64,000 nt of DNA from Octopus vulgaris (GCA_951406725.2 OX597820.1:84692001-84756000), one strand, 5' to 3'; positions 1 to 13,632 are shown, numbered from the stretch's first letter. The notes: generated from the letters alone by a model not told the origin. Program-made: numbers and translations.

Positions 1-33
1 CATACATTTTCCTTGATATCAGGAATTATTATC

Positions 34-64
34 ATTCCTAGTTCGATTCCAGGTAGTTACCAGA

Positions 65-131
<67 letters not shown>
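34..131 (+). mobile_element. Penelope-like terminal repeat segment plus (TAA)n; left half of a repeat split by the Dong insertion
   Basis: attcctagttcgattccaggtagttaccagag(taa)n closely matches the reverse complement of 7567-7630, the 3' end of the PLE at 7567-8675. Confidence 0.6.
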
Positions 132-2074
132 GGATCGACTACAAAAAGGCGTTTGATAGCACCCCCACACATGGATCCACGAAACACTAGCCATTAACAA
201 AGTAGCACAAACAATTATAAAATTCATAGGACACTCTATGAATGAATGGCAAACAGTGCTACAGCTCCAAACAAAAGAGGGACTCATGAAAACCAAAGCC
301 ATCCCCATTAGAAGAGGAATATTCCAGGGAGACACGCTCTCTCCACTCCTTTTCTGCTTGGCACTGTCACCTCTATCTGATATGCTAAATAGAACTAGAT
401 GCGGATATAAATGTTACGGCAAAACGATCAGCCACCATTTATATATGGATGACTTAAAACTATACGCTGCAAATGACAAACAGCTGGAAACACTATTAAA
501 GACAGTTCATGGATTTACCAAAGAAATAGATATGAAATTTGGATTAGAAAAATGGGCCAAAGTAACCCTGAAAAGAAGAAAACTAGTTAAGAGTAGCAGC
601 ATCACACTAGATAAAACCAATGAAATAAAAGAATTAGACCAAAGCCAAACTTACAAATACTTAGGAATCCATGAACTAGATACGACACAACACACACAAG
701 TGAAAGACAAAATTAAAAAAGAATATTTTAGACGAATTAGATCAATACTAAAAACAGAGCTCAATGCTAAAAACAAGATAATAGGTATTAACACTTTAGC
801 TGTCCCAGTTATAAGTTACAGCTACAATATCCTTAACTGGACACTAACTGATCTGACCAAAATAGATAGGAAAACAAGAAAAATAATGACATGATCTAGG
901 ATGCATCACCCAAAATCTGACATAGAAAGACTATATATACAACGTATAGAAGGTGTTAGAGGCCTTATACAGCTGGAAAACTACTATAAAATAACCAACA
1001 TAGGACTGCAAAAATATCTACTTCAGAAGGAAGGAAAACTGATACAAATAGCGGCAAAACACGAGCAAAGCAAAAGACTGTTCTCAGTATTTAAGGAAGC
1101 TGACAAATACAAACAAAAAATCATACCACCTAACAAATATGAAGAAGAAGATGAAGAAACAACAAAAGCTATAAAACAAATGAAGTCCAAACTAACACTA
1201 GAACAGCAAAGAACCATGATAAAACGATGGCAAGTAAAGCCCCTTCATGGTAAATACTGGACTAAACTAAATTCAAAAGAAATAGACGAAGAAAAATTTT
1301 GAGAAGCTCAGGACTCAAAGCAGAGACAGAGGGATTTTTAATTGCAGCACAAGACCAAAGCCTCCCCACCAGAATCTACCAAAAACATATAATGAAAAGA
1401 AATATTAAAAGTAACTGCAGAATATGTGGAGATGGACAAGAAACAATAAATCATATTATCTCTGGCTGCCCAGTTCATGCTAAGAAGGAATATATTCACA
1501 GACATGACCGAGTTGGAACCTACATACACTGGAGCTATGCCAACATTATGGAATAACAACAGAAAAAAGATGGTATAGGCACACACCAGAAAAGGTCACA
1601 GAAAACGAGAAAGCAACCATACTCTGGGATATTCCAATACACACAGACAGAGAAATTAAGGCCAACAGACCAGATATAGTTGTCAGAGATCATGAAGAAA
1701 AAAATGCTTTCTAATTGCTGTACCAATACCAGCAGATGACAACGTGTCTCTATAAGAAATGGAGAAACTTTCAAAATACAAAGACCTGGAAATAGAGGTA
1801 ACCAGAATGTGGAATCTAAAAACAGAAACAATCCCTATCATAGTAGGTGCATGATAAAAAAATATTCAGACAAATACATAACAAAAACACCAGGACTTAC
1901 AAACACATATAACATACAGAAAATTGCAGTACTAGGCACTGCACACATCTTACGCAGAACACTTTCCATACAATAACCATCAGAGCATCACAACAAATCA
2001 CAGCACATACCCAAGGCACACAGAGCTGCGCTCGGTAGTGAAGTGAAAGCACGCTATAAAAATAAAACTACTGA
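132..2074 (+). mobile_element. 5'-truncated R4/Dong-clade non-LTR retrotransposon (RT, CCHC finger, restriction-like endonuclease), disrupted by stops and frameshifts
   Basis: RT motifs GIFQGDTLSPLLF and HLYMDDLKLYA (ORF 238-894); CRICGDGQETINHIISGC and RHD (ORF 1299-1556); ANRPDIVV and KYKDL further downstream; 3' UTR with aataaa; (TAA)n on both flanks. Confidence 0.92.
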
Positions 2075-2290
2075 ATAATAATAATAATAATAATAGTAAT
2101 AATAATAACAACAACAACATCGAAAAATACCTTTAGAATGCGAACCCAGGTTTGAAATTTCCCCAAGACACCTGTTAAAGACTGCATGGTGTATCAGCTG
2201 AAACGTTGTGTTAACAACAAAGATGAGGACAAATATCCGTTAAATATATATAATGTACATAATTCCTCATCTCTTAAATTTAGAACTGTA
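2075..2290 (+). mobile_element. (TAA)n/(CAA)n followed by the right half of a Penelope-like terminal repeat with a decayed hammerhead motif (2167-2212)
   Basis: gacac CTGTTAA a gactg..cagct GAAAC GTT gtgtt: stem I acac/gtgt, GAAAC intact, core mutated relative to CTGATGA. Confidence 0.55.
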
Positions 2291-3039
2291 TTTAGAACTT
2301 ACAACGTACCTTGCGAGTAGGCTGGGGTTTTTGTTTCTAATTTGAAAAGCTTGCTTGTCTTAAATTTTGCTCAAGTCCAGTTTCACATTCATCACTATCA
2401 CACTTCGTTTTAATAAGAATCCTATCCATTTTGTATGGGTGTGCTTTTTTAGCAAGTGGAATCTACAACATTTCCACTCTGAACGCCTGTATAATTCAAT
2501 GAAAAACACCACCTCTGCTACTACTGGCTGTAACTGCCACACTTCCGCACGCTAGAATTTTGCAGAGTCGTTCAAATCTCGTTCAAAAAGTGTTCGCGCA
2601 CGCGTATGGAGCCTGCTTGCAGGCCTGAAGATGGCTGTTCGTTGCAAAGAAGAGTGCTGTTGTTATGATATTTTGTTGATGGAAATACCGGAATATCCGT
2701 AAAGTAATTGTAATATGGGAATGTAGCTCTGCATTTAATTCTTTATATCTAAATGCAACGTCTTCGGAAAATCTCAGTGTGCACCTAATAATCTTCTGAG
2801 GCGCACCTTTTGAGAAACACTGGTATAAGCAAGCTAGCTTTAAAATTTACTCCTTCCGTTTCTCTCTTAACTTATATACCACCCATAATATCTTAAGCGC
2901 TATTCTTTTTAACAGCTCACTTCTTTCTTCTCCTTTAATTTGCCAATGAAAATAAGCTTTATTAGCTATCCCTATCCCCTCTTTTTTCTTATCAACAATT
3001 GTACATCAGACGTCCTCGATAAACACCCCATGAACTATC

Positions 3040-3180
3040 GGGAGTGGCTGTGTGGCAAATAGCCTGTTAACCAACAGCATTATTCCGGGCCCATACCCAC
3101 TGTGTAATATATCTTCGTGATGTTTAAAGCCCTGTCAGTGGATTTAGAAAATGGAACGAGGAAGAAGCCTGTGGAATATA
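3040..3180 (+). mobile_element. Degenerate tRNA-derived SINE (family A) 5' fragment
   Basis: ggagtggctgtgtggcaaatagcc...gtggatttag...gaagaagcc is similar to 24308-24470. Confidence 0.6.
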
Positions 3181-3689
3181 TATTATATATATATGTATGT
3201 ATATATATATATATTTGTAAAAAATGAAGTTCGAAAATGCTGCTATATTATACAATTTTTAATTTTTATATATACGTTATAACATGTTTCAGTTCCTGAA
3301 ATGAACCTTATCAAAAAAAGTTATATATAAAAAAAGACAGCACATGCCGTCAAACACAAGAAATTCATTTATAATACACAACGGAGTCAGACATCTTAGA
3401 GTTCATGTATAGTTGATATATAGTTTGAAGTAAGTTCATTCATGCTATATGTTCAAAGTGTTCGATGCAGTGGCCCACGGTGGCGATACGTATTCAATAC
3501 AAAAAACAGATCAAAGTGGTGGAAAGCAGTCAATACAGAAGATTGCTGTTTCCGAAAGAGCGAGGAATTCATTTTTACCTTAAGCAATTGTGATGACCCA
3601 TGGTGGGTGTTCGCTGGGTGGTCCTAGTGAGTTTTGTGAATTGCTCGGTTTTATAATGCCTGTTAGGTGGTCAGTCATATATATATATA

Positions 3690-3752
<63 letters not shown>

Positions 3753-4378
3753 GCACTAAACAGTATAACGTAACAATAAATGACACTGCGTTTTTCCGAC
3801 AATGACAATTCAGTTAATCTGGCAATTTCCACCAATTAATAATCGCTAATAAAAGTCGTTGCGTACATAAATTTTAGGGATCTTTAATAATTACTGTCAC
3901 AAAATCCCAGTTATGTTCATTTTAGGGAAACGACTCATATAAGCACAATAATCCATCTATTTATCCATGATTAACTTGTAATTTGCCACTTTTCTCCCCA
4001 ATACATGCCCCAGTTTATGTACTGAAATATTTAATATTAAAAGTAATATAGACGATTACATTGAAAACACGGGCAAATGCATGTTAAATTCATGTAATTT
4101 ATTGCCATTTAAAGAAGTAATACTGCCCAAAATATGTTAATAAATGCATTTTCCTAAACATAAGATTTGTCATCGAAAATAACAATATTACTTTCAGACC
4201 GTAATACGAAAGCAAGATAATCTAAAATAGAAATAGAAATATATCAAAGTGAAATCATTCGCAATAATGCAAGTTGATTAAATGTTTTACATTGCGTGCA
4301 TAAATAGGAAATGTGCTTTATATATATAACGTAATTTGGAAGACATCTTAAACGATTATATTATATTATCTCTCTCTG

Positions 4379-4414
<36 letters not shown>

Positions 4415-4554
4415 TGTATGTATGTATGTATGTATATATGTATATTCGTGAACACATAATTGTCCTCCAATTCCGATATATTGGTATATCTACCTGTTTT
4501 TCGATCTAACTTTCTGACTCTCTTTCACTTCCTATATATATATATATATATATG

Positions 4555-4594
<40 letters not shown>

Positions 4595-4779
4595 TGTGTA
4601 TGTGTATGTGTGTGTGTATATATGTATCGTTCTCCTGCTCTCTCTCTCTCAATCTATCTCTCTCAAACATCGATGCGCATATATATCTATTAACAATGTA
4701 GTGATGAGCAATTTTGTTGCAGCATAGACATTTTTCGCATGCTTTTTCGAGTAAGTTATTTTGACAACTTTGTTTCCAA

Positions 4780-5350
4780 ATTTCATTGTCAGAAATTACT
4801 CAGCTATTGGGATAAGTAAACATAATTAACAACAAATTAATATCATACATGAATGTCTCCTTAGTTAATTTTACTATACCTGTATCTGTATCATTTCAAT
4901 AACCGCACAACCACCAATGTTACAAATATCATATCAGTATTCAGATCACAGATGCCAGCTGTCTCTGTGTCTGTACAGATATTTTCATATCTAAGTGTTG
5001 CAGCATCCTGTCTTGGATGTGATGCGTAGAACTGGAACCGTTCTGATTAGTAATGGTCCGAGACGAATATATCCGGTGGATTAGATTTAATCTCCGTGTT
5101 AATGTGATATTGCATCTGATACATTTTTTGCTTTATTCTCATACCGTAATGTTTTGCCTAGTATTCTTAAATAATTTTGTAATTTCCAATGTAATATATC
5201 CTACATTTCTTTTATGCCTCTAGATATATTCTTTTCTGGTTAACATTGGTCACAAATAGGATAATGTTGTTGAATGTTTCCTCATAACCTCCTGTTCGGA
5301 GTTGCTTAACGCATTCTGTTTCATTCCTTTGTATATCGTAACTCAAGATC
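4780..5350 (-). mobile_element. Highly decayed R4/Dong-like endonuclease-region fragment
   Basis: Reverse strand gives broken matches to ETxxHIIS-C, KEYIxRH, HWK, EIKSNPPDI and the terminal WxLKT segment seen in the 132-2074 element. Confidence 0.5.
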
Positions 5351-5799
5351 AATAATAATTCAACCTGTGTATAAAGTCAGTGGGATTTATATAGCAGTGA
5401 TTAAAATGATTTCAGCATCAATTTGGCTCCTGCCGATATTACACATAACAAGATCAACTAGAAGAAAAAACAAAAGCAATCGCAACAGCAGTATCATCAC
5501 CAAGAATATGATGCATCCATCACTATACAGGAATCCTTACATCTACAAAAAGGGGTGGCGCAGATGCAACTGCACCACAACCGATCCGGTCAATGAAAAT
5601 TGCTATCTAAACTACTGCAACGAGATTGCAGCGACAACGACACCAATAACAACAATGCAAACTGTGAAAACAACAACGGCAAGAGGCAGGCCAACAACAG
5701 CAACACCTAACAGGAACAACATCTAGACAGAGAGCATCAAGTGTAACATCTATCATACCGACAGCAAGAGACGCACTCAGAAAAGACGTACATGAGGAG

Positions 5800-6680
5800 T
5801 ATAAGCCAACGAAAAAGAACTGAGAAATTACATAATACTCGGCATCGAATTTTCCATCTAAACAGCCTTCCGAATATACAACGAAAATTTAATGGAATAT
5901 GAGTATTCTAATTCATGCATTTGTAGTGTATCATTCCATCAGTAACCATTTATAATATCAATATTAGACAAGGAGTGTGTTAAAGAACCTCAGAAATGTC
6001 TTAATAATAAACACTTTTTATGAGACCTTCTACACCAGTTGTATTTTGCTTATCCTCAATAAATACAAGAATTTGATAGCTGGCAAGGCTTCTGAACCCC
6101 CAAAATCACTTACTAAAATCACGAAAGATTGTGGAGAAAATAGTCTCTACAATGAGTATCAAAACAATAATGTTAAACCCCTTTTCTGCACCAAGGATCT
6201 AAAATATCTAACATCTAAAATCATTAACATCGTTATCAATAATGCAACATTCAGATAAAAGGATGAAAACAACAACACTTCTAGCAATTTTGCCACGTCT
6301 AGAATTCCCACGGGAAGCTGAAAAATTTTATTGAAGAATGCCCCACTTTAGAGTCATCCAAATCTTTTATATTGTATGCCATTGAATTTCAAATCAATTG
6401 CTCTGGACTTACACATATAAAATAAAACAGCAGAAACATATTGAATAAAGAATATATTTCATTTCACATCAGCAGGAAGCCGTTTACTCTTGCATGGAAA
6501 ACTATCAATGAAATAAATATCCGGAAAAGTAACAATAAGTGGACATTTATTCCAAAACCTTCAGACTAAATATTACAGCTTCTGTGAAACATTATCCTGT
6601 TATACAGAATGGCGGGTTTTCATTAAAGAAACTCCCTCACGCACTGAAGAAATGACAAAAACTAGGATAGCAGATGTCTG
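5800..6680 (+). mobile_element. Possible decayed Penelope-like (Neptune-type) linker/GIY-YIG remnant
   Basis: Fragmentary resemblance to the CPL..IxY and TIKWxI segments of Neptune-type PLEs; many stops. Confidence 0.3.
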
Positions 6681-7566
6681 CAACAGATATATATTTTATT
6701 TTTATATTCTTTTTTGTTTTGGTTTTTGTAATGCGGAAAACAATCAAAACTAATTTTACAAAAGAACTAATTCCTATGTTCTACTATTACCACTAAACAA
6801 ATTTAGTGCGGCAAAAATGTACAGAGAAATTTCTTTTACAGTTACACTAACAAAATCTGCAACAATTGCTCACGAAAATATACACAGGTAAAGTGGTATT
6901 TTCCGAAGAAAACAAAAGAATATTGAACCTACTTATCAATTAAATATTTTTTTTATATATAGTAAGCAGGTATTAGGCTTAAATACAATATCATTGCTAA
7001 TTAACCAGGTAGGTTATCTTTCCCTATTCATTATTGTCTTTATGTGAGGTTACAATAATAAAGAAACATTACAGCAATGTCTGATTTGTAGCAAAAATTC
7101 GCAACAAAATATAAAATGTTGCCATATTCAGTAAATGACTATAATCAGAAACGTGTAAAACTGTCAATAAAAAATATAATTTTCAAATCTATACAGACCA
7201 AAACAAAATTAGTTTTTGTATCAACAAAATATAAACCATTCATAGTCTAACCGATATTACACGGTTAAAAATTGTTATCAATCTTAAATGATAATTACAG
7301 TAAACAAATGAATAAGAATGAAACCAGTAATTGAAGACAAATTAATACATTCCATAACTTTGAGAAGCATCGGTAATATATTAATGGTTTATAGTAGACT
7401 TACTCAAAGTACGAATACAGGGTCATTACACAATTGACTTTAGGTAGTGGAAGCTGATCTATAAATGATTAGATATAGTATAACTTAACGTATATTAGCT
7501 TTGCCTATGGAAATCCTATATAATTTAGAGAACGCTCACTTAAAATTTTGAAATAGATATGTTATC

Positions 7567-7601
<35 letters not shown>

Positions 7602-8675
7602 TCACTGCCTGGAATCGAACTCGGGATCTACGCCATATGCCCGTGGGCAATTATGTAGTAAATTTTAGGGCTTATAAATCTAATATTTTCCTATCCATCT
7701 TTAATACCGCTATTCATATCGGTCTGCTTAAGAGGTTGTTGTTTCCTAGCATATGCGCTGCTTCTTTTAGTTTTCGTATTTTCCAGTGGTGTTCTCTATC
7801 TATTATTTTAACTTCATCCCACATGGGGGGAGGTGGTCACCATTTTCTCTACAGAATCAGCTATACCCGATTTACCATCATTTCCTCGTGTCACAGCTTT
7901 GCGATAATCCTCTACCATTATTTTGAGGGGGCGGCATGTTTTGTCTTTGTATAACCTACTACAGCAGCATGATATGTAGTACACACAGTGTTTGGTCATA
8001 TTCTCTTCTATTGGTGGTTTTACTCGAATGAGATATTTGCGAAGTGTTGTATTACTCTTGAATACTGTCCTGATGTCATAAGGGACGCATATCTTTTGTG
8101 TCTTTCGGGAACGCCTTTCACACAGGGTAGACAGACTGTAGAGAGTTTATTGGTTTCGTCCTCTCTTTTCTTCATAATTGGAGTAGATAGTATGCTTTTT
8201 TTGTGGCAGTTCTTGCTTAATAGATTGTTACTGAGCTTGATCATTTCGTCGTGGTGGGTATCACGATTGCTACTTATAGTCTTTTCTCGATGTTTTAGGC
8301 ACTGAGCCATTCATCTCTGTATGAATGTTGTAATTTGAAATTAAGGTATCGTCGAGTGATGTTGGCTTGCGGTATAAAGATATCCTGAATCCATACTTGG
8401 TGCGTGTTATTAAAACTTCCAAGAATGCTAGCTGATTGTTTTCTTCTCCATTGTGATCTGTATGGATGGCTTTATTCAGTTCACATAATCTAAAAGTACT
8501 TGAACATATTCCTGGTAGAGCCAGAGAATGAAGGTACCATCAACATATAGCAGCCATAGGGTTGGTTTTAATGGTGTTGATCCTAAAGTCAAATTCTTAA
8601 AGTGATCTATGTATATATTGGCTATTATCGGTGATATTGGCAAACTCATAGCTAAACCCTCTTTTGTAGCCAATT
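7567..8675 (-). mobile_element. Penelope-like element fragment (RT C-terminal half, GIY-YIG endonuclease, 3' repeat ending in (TAA)n)
   Basis: ORF 8476-8673 LAMSLPISPIIANIY..LKPTLWLLYVDGTFILW (PLE RT, MGSPLSP/YVDD); ORF 7814-7999 VYYISCCCSRLYKDKTCRPLK..SGIAD (GIY-YIG). Confidence 0.85.
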
Positions 8676-8679
8676 TTTT

Positions 8680-11190
8680 GTTGTGGCAGTCTGTTTTTGG
8701 TTGAAATCTTTACGATTCCGACGAAGTAAGTGGTGATATTGTTATCATTGTTAAAGGTCTCCCCACCTTTTGTTCCGTGTTGAAATTGCTGTTTCTACTA
8801 ACGTGTATTTTTTAAATTGTGTATTTTTTCCCATTTAAGGGAGAGCCGGACAGAAGAAATGCAATGGAAACTGGACCAGCAAATATCCACAGTTATGCAG
8901 CTGCAACTAGCAGAGGAATAGAATTAGAAACTTTAGAAGTTCGAGAAGTTAAAATCGATCCAAGTAAGCTGAAAGAATGCGGGAAACCGCTGCAAAAAGG
9001 AAGGCCACATATTTAATTGACGCCCTCAGTTGATTTAAAAAATGGAGTTCAGAAAAAGGACAGTGATATACAAAACACTGAAGGTATCGACAAGAAAAAA
9101 TTATATAGCTACTATAGAAGACATTGAGAATTGTAGGAAGGATGTCAAAAAGGTTGCCACGTTTATAACAAGAGAAATATGTTGCAAAGTGGATGTGCGA
9201 TTCGCAAGTGAAGAAGATGACACTGATGATACAAAGGCAGAAGAGTGTGTGCGCCTACCAACATACTGTGGCAAGCGAGTTGTCAGAGTAAGGATGGAAA
9301 AGGGCCACCAGTGTTGGATGAAACATGGTTGGTTGCCACAGTAATGTACAATATGGAGGAGGATGCGAAATTCCTGAGAGTAACAAGAACGAAGAGAGTG
9401 AACTGTTGGGGATACGGAATCGAGATGGCAGTACAGGTAAGTGTGAATGGTATGAAAAAAATTCCGGAAGAATTTATTCTACCCGAAGATAAGAGATTTA
9501 GAGTGGTAGTGGAGGGTAGGCCTCCCATATGCTACCAGAGTGGCGAGAAAGGCCACATAAAGGCGAGATGCCCTCAGACAGAAGAGAAGGAACACCAGAT
9601 GTAAAAGTCTGAGGAGCATGAAAGAGTGAACGATGTGGTGTAGGGAGATTAGATGGAGACAACAGGAATAGAGGATGAATTTGAAGTGGTTAAAAAACGA
9701 AAGATGAAAGAAAGAGCGGGCCTCTCCGCAGGAGAGACAGAAAAAAAAAGAAGTATCAGATAAAGAGATGGAGAAGGAAGTCGTAAAGTGGTTAAAAAGA
9801 AAGCCGTAAAGCATATTGAAAAGTAGGTGGAGACCTAGTTAGAAAAAGTGGTTGAAAAGGAGGTTTCGGAGGAGGAGGAGGAGAAGGAGGTAGAGTTAAA
9901 AGCAAGCATACGAGAGAACCTTTTTGGACAGAAACAGAAGAAACAGCGACACTTACCAGAATGAGGGAGGTGGCACCAAGAGTGGAACATGGCAAACAAG
10001 CAAGAAGACAAAGAAAACAGCTGGACTTTCGTGACATATTCTAAAAGCATATATACCGAAAGAATGATAACCAAGCTTATATCCATTATAAGGGTTAAGT
10101 TACCCAAGGAGATATACGGTGAAAACGTAAAAGCTTTTCCAATCGATAAGTAAAATATAAAAAGTTGAAGGAAAAGTGTCAAATTGAGCAGCCGGGAATT
10201 GTGGATGGGTTCGCCAAACTGCTGCCAGCAGTACCATTAAGTAAACTAGATCCGTATGTAAGATATTAAGAAAAAGGGATCGTTTCCTTTTGAACGGTAG
10301 ATGTCAACACAATTTCTAGTTAACTAAACACTTTTAAACTTCGTATACTGGTAGAATGTGTTTATAAAACATCATTTTCTCTTGGTTTCATTGAGAAAAT
10401 TCTATAGTTTGTAAGATATTTCGTCTTAAAATCCGAGCATTTCAGCAAATTTAACCAATCCTATGCTCTCTTTTGAGCTAAAATCATTTACTGCGTCTAA
10501 AACTGAGACAACATCCTGTCACTACCCCTAAACCTAACTCTAACCCTATTTTTTTTTCTTAATATTTAAATGAATTTAATTGTTACGCGTGTAAAAAATA
10601 CCGAAAGCAATGGAAAATGATTTAAACAATTAACAAACAAAATAATTCCATAATTTTATACACACGATTTCCATACGTATACGGAAAGCGTGTGTTACGG
10701 AAAGCGTGTGTTACGGAAAGCGTAACAATTCGAAAAATTAAACTACGTTAAACAAACAAATTACAATTTTCTCAAGAAAGCCAAGAGAAACAAATGTTTT
10801 CTTAAGAAAGCCAAGATAAAAAAATGGTTTATTTTGACACATTCTCCCAGTATACAAAGTGTTAAAGTGTTTAGTTAACTAGAAATTGTCTGCCGTTCAA
10901 AAGGAAAAGATCTAGAAAAAGAGAGTAAAATGTATTTGTTTTTTTATTTTAAAGAAGAAAAAAGAGTAAACTAAATGATGCTAATAAGGAAAAAAGGAAA
11001 AGATAACGACCTGAAAGTAAGAACTTCCAATTGGTACTGTATCTCAGTGGGGCTCATGCACCCATTTCACCACCATCGATTTATTGTATATGTTTCATTT
11101 GTTTTATGTTTTTTGTCCCCACTGTGGTGTTCTCTCTGTCCTTGTGCTCTCCATTCTGTGTCAGGGCTTCGGTGCCAAATAAAAAGAATT
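8680..11190 (+). mobile_element. ORF1-only (RT-less) L1/Tx1-related retroelement, copy 1, pseudogenised and interrupted by a MITE
   Basis: Broken ORF from the ATG near 8864: SYAAA..LEVREV..RTVIYKTL..LPTYCGKRVVRV..VVEGRPPICYQSGEKGHIKARCP (gag-type zinc knuckle), then a K/E-rich region; ends ggcttcggtgcc-a-aataaaaagaa; no EN or RT. Confidence 0.7.
10277..10913. mobile_element. Non-autonomous DNA transposon (MITE) with about 120-bp imperfect TIRs and an 8-bp TSD
   Basis: Left end ggatcgtttccttttgaacggtag, right end ctgccgttcaaaaggaaaagatct; agaaaaag duplicated at 10269-10276 and 10914-10921. Confidence 0.85.
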
Positions 11191-11193
11191 ACT

Positions 11194-12660
11194 GTCAGTG
11201 AGATATTTTTGTTAGTGTTAAATCATTTTTGATACCGGTTTACGTAAATCGTGTTATACTTTGTGGTATCTTTCCGGAAGTTTCTCCTCGAGCAGGTGAG
11301 CCTTGTTTTGTTGAATTTGTTAAATACCGTTGCTGTATTTGCTTTCGGTCCTGTTGAATTTCGTGTTTTTCTTCTTCACCATTTTGGAGCGAAGTGATCG
11401 GGAAAAGAAAAAGAAATGACGTGTGAACCAGTTCAAGTACATGCCGGGAGTTATGCTTTGGCAGCTGGGAAAGGTGCAGATTCGCTAGAAGTGCGGGAAA
11501 TTGAAATTGAACAGAAGCTGAAAGAATACTACAGCCTGATTCAGAAGGAGGGATCCAGTTTAAAGCTGACCCCTCCAGAAGAAGTGACAACCAGTACCGA
11601 GAAAGGAACAGTGGTGCAGAGAACACTATCGACAACCACGTAGAAAATAGAGATAGCTACAAAAGAAGCAATTGAAGAATGTCTTAAAAAAATTAAGAAC
11701 CTGACAACATTCTATACAAGAGGCAGAAATACAGCACAGTAGAAGTGATATTCGGCAACAAAAATGGGGCAATAAATCACTCCACTGTGACACTGAAGAC
11801 GGGGAAATAGGTACTTCTACCTACCTACTGCAGCAAAAGGGTCGGCAGTGTCAGAATAGGCAGACTACCACTAGAAATCAAAGAAACGTGGCTGGTAGCA
11901 ACCGTAATATATAAAATCGAAGGAAACGCCGAAATGTAAAGGTGACAAGGACAAACAAGATATATTGCTGGGGATACGGACTTGGAATGGTCTTTCAGGC
12001 TGGAAAAAAGGATCTGAACGAAATCGCTGATGATTTTACTGGAGGACATAAGATTGTTGGTGGAAGGAGGGCCACCGACCGGCTATCAATGCGGAGAGAA
12101 GTGACACGTTAGAATAGAGTGTCCCCAGAAGGAAATTAAAAACATGGAAAGCCAACAGGAGCTGAATGCCGAAATGGCGGGCTTAGAAAATGAAAAATGC
12201 ACGGAAGAAGTGGAGAACCATTTAAGGAGATGACCAAAAGAAAAACGAAAGAACTAGTAAATTCACCTCCGAAGAGTCCAAAAGAGAAAAAAGAAGAGTA
12301 AAATAGACATTGCACAGCTTATGAGGCATACACTTCCAAAACCATCACCAACAAAAGGAAAGGAAAAGGATATCTACCCAAACAACAGAAGTTCACTCCA
12401 GAAACAAACAAAGAGCCTAGGAAAAATAAATGATATATGGTAACATATACAAACAAGTAGTGTGATAGAAAAGAAAATAACCAAATTAAAATCGGTATTT
12501 AGAGTAAAATTACCAGCGGCGATTTACACAGAAAATATAAAAGGCATATTAACAGACCAAGAGAGGTATGGAAAATTAATAGACCAAGAGAGTTAGGGAA
12601 AATTAAGAGAATGAGGATGTAATCGACTCATCTCCACCCCCCCAAGCTTCCCTTGTAGCA
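11194..12660 (+). mobile_element. ORF1-only retroelement, copy 2 (diverged, 3' end not recognisable), head-to-tail with copy 1
   Basis: ORF 11416-11643 SYALAA..LEVREIEIE..LKLTPP..TVVQRTL; then LPTYCSKRV, ETWLVATV, LVEGGPPTGYQCGEKxHVRIECP and VKLPAAIYTENIK, all collinear with copy 1. Confidence 0.7.
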
Positions 12661-13224
12661 AACAATTGAAGTAATATTCATTATTATTGTTATTTATTCG
12701 TTTATCTATCCTTCTATTTCAACATCTTGTCTTGGGGTTTGATTTCCTCATAATCAACTTACACGTAAACGTTTTAGACTTTTTGGCTATTTTCGCTTTC
12801 ATTGTCGTATTTTTATTCTAGATTACCGTCCTATCTACATTCCCGTCCGTCTTACTGTGAAACTGGAGATTTATCAAAATCAACGCATGTATATAAGTCG
12901 ATACAAATTGTTGGCTTCATACGTTATTTTAAAATTTCTTATATTATATCATATATTTTATAGTATATTATTTTATATCATAATGTAAATATATCGTTAG
13001 TTTGTCAACTGTATTTCTTTTTTTTTCCATTTAATACTTGTATTTGGTATTTATGACGCTTTTTCTGTGATATTCAACTGCTGCAGTTGAAGTGGATATT
13101 TTACATCTCTTTGTAGGAATTGCTTTTCCTTCGTTTTTTTTTAAATATAATATTTCATTATTTTTATTATTTTCATTCATTATTATAAATCTTTATTTTT
13201 ATTCTTACATACTTCAATTTATTT

Positions 13225-13270
13225 TCATTATTATTATTATTATTTATTATTATTTTTATTATTATTATTA

Positions 13271-13320
<50 letters not shown>

Positions 13321-13325
13321 TTATT
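13225..13325. repeat. (ATT)n microsatellite
   Basis: Directly visible. Confidence 0.9.
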
Positions 13326-13563
13326 TTAAATTTGTTATGTTATATTATGTTATATTTTTATAGTAAATTATATTATATTCAAATGTAAATAAATTGTTAG
13401 TTTGTCAATTGCATTTCTCTGTTTTATTAAATATTTGTATTAGTAATATAAAAAGGATAAGATATAAATAAAAATAAATGTTTTTTGTAGATTCATTGAT
13501 GTCCATGATCTATTTTTAGTATATGTATGAGTTTATATTCGTGTGTTTATATGTGTTCCCGTA

Positions 13564-13632
<69 letters not shown>

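Noticed and set aside
5367-5726. 119-aa Thr/Asn-rich ORF
   Set aside because: Low-complexity CAA-rich sequence lying between decayed retroelements; no recognisable domain
10525-10548. Telomeric (CCCTAA)n
   Set aside because: Only 3-4 degenerate units, inside a MITE
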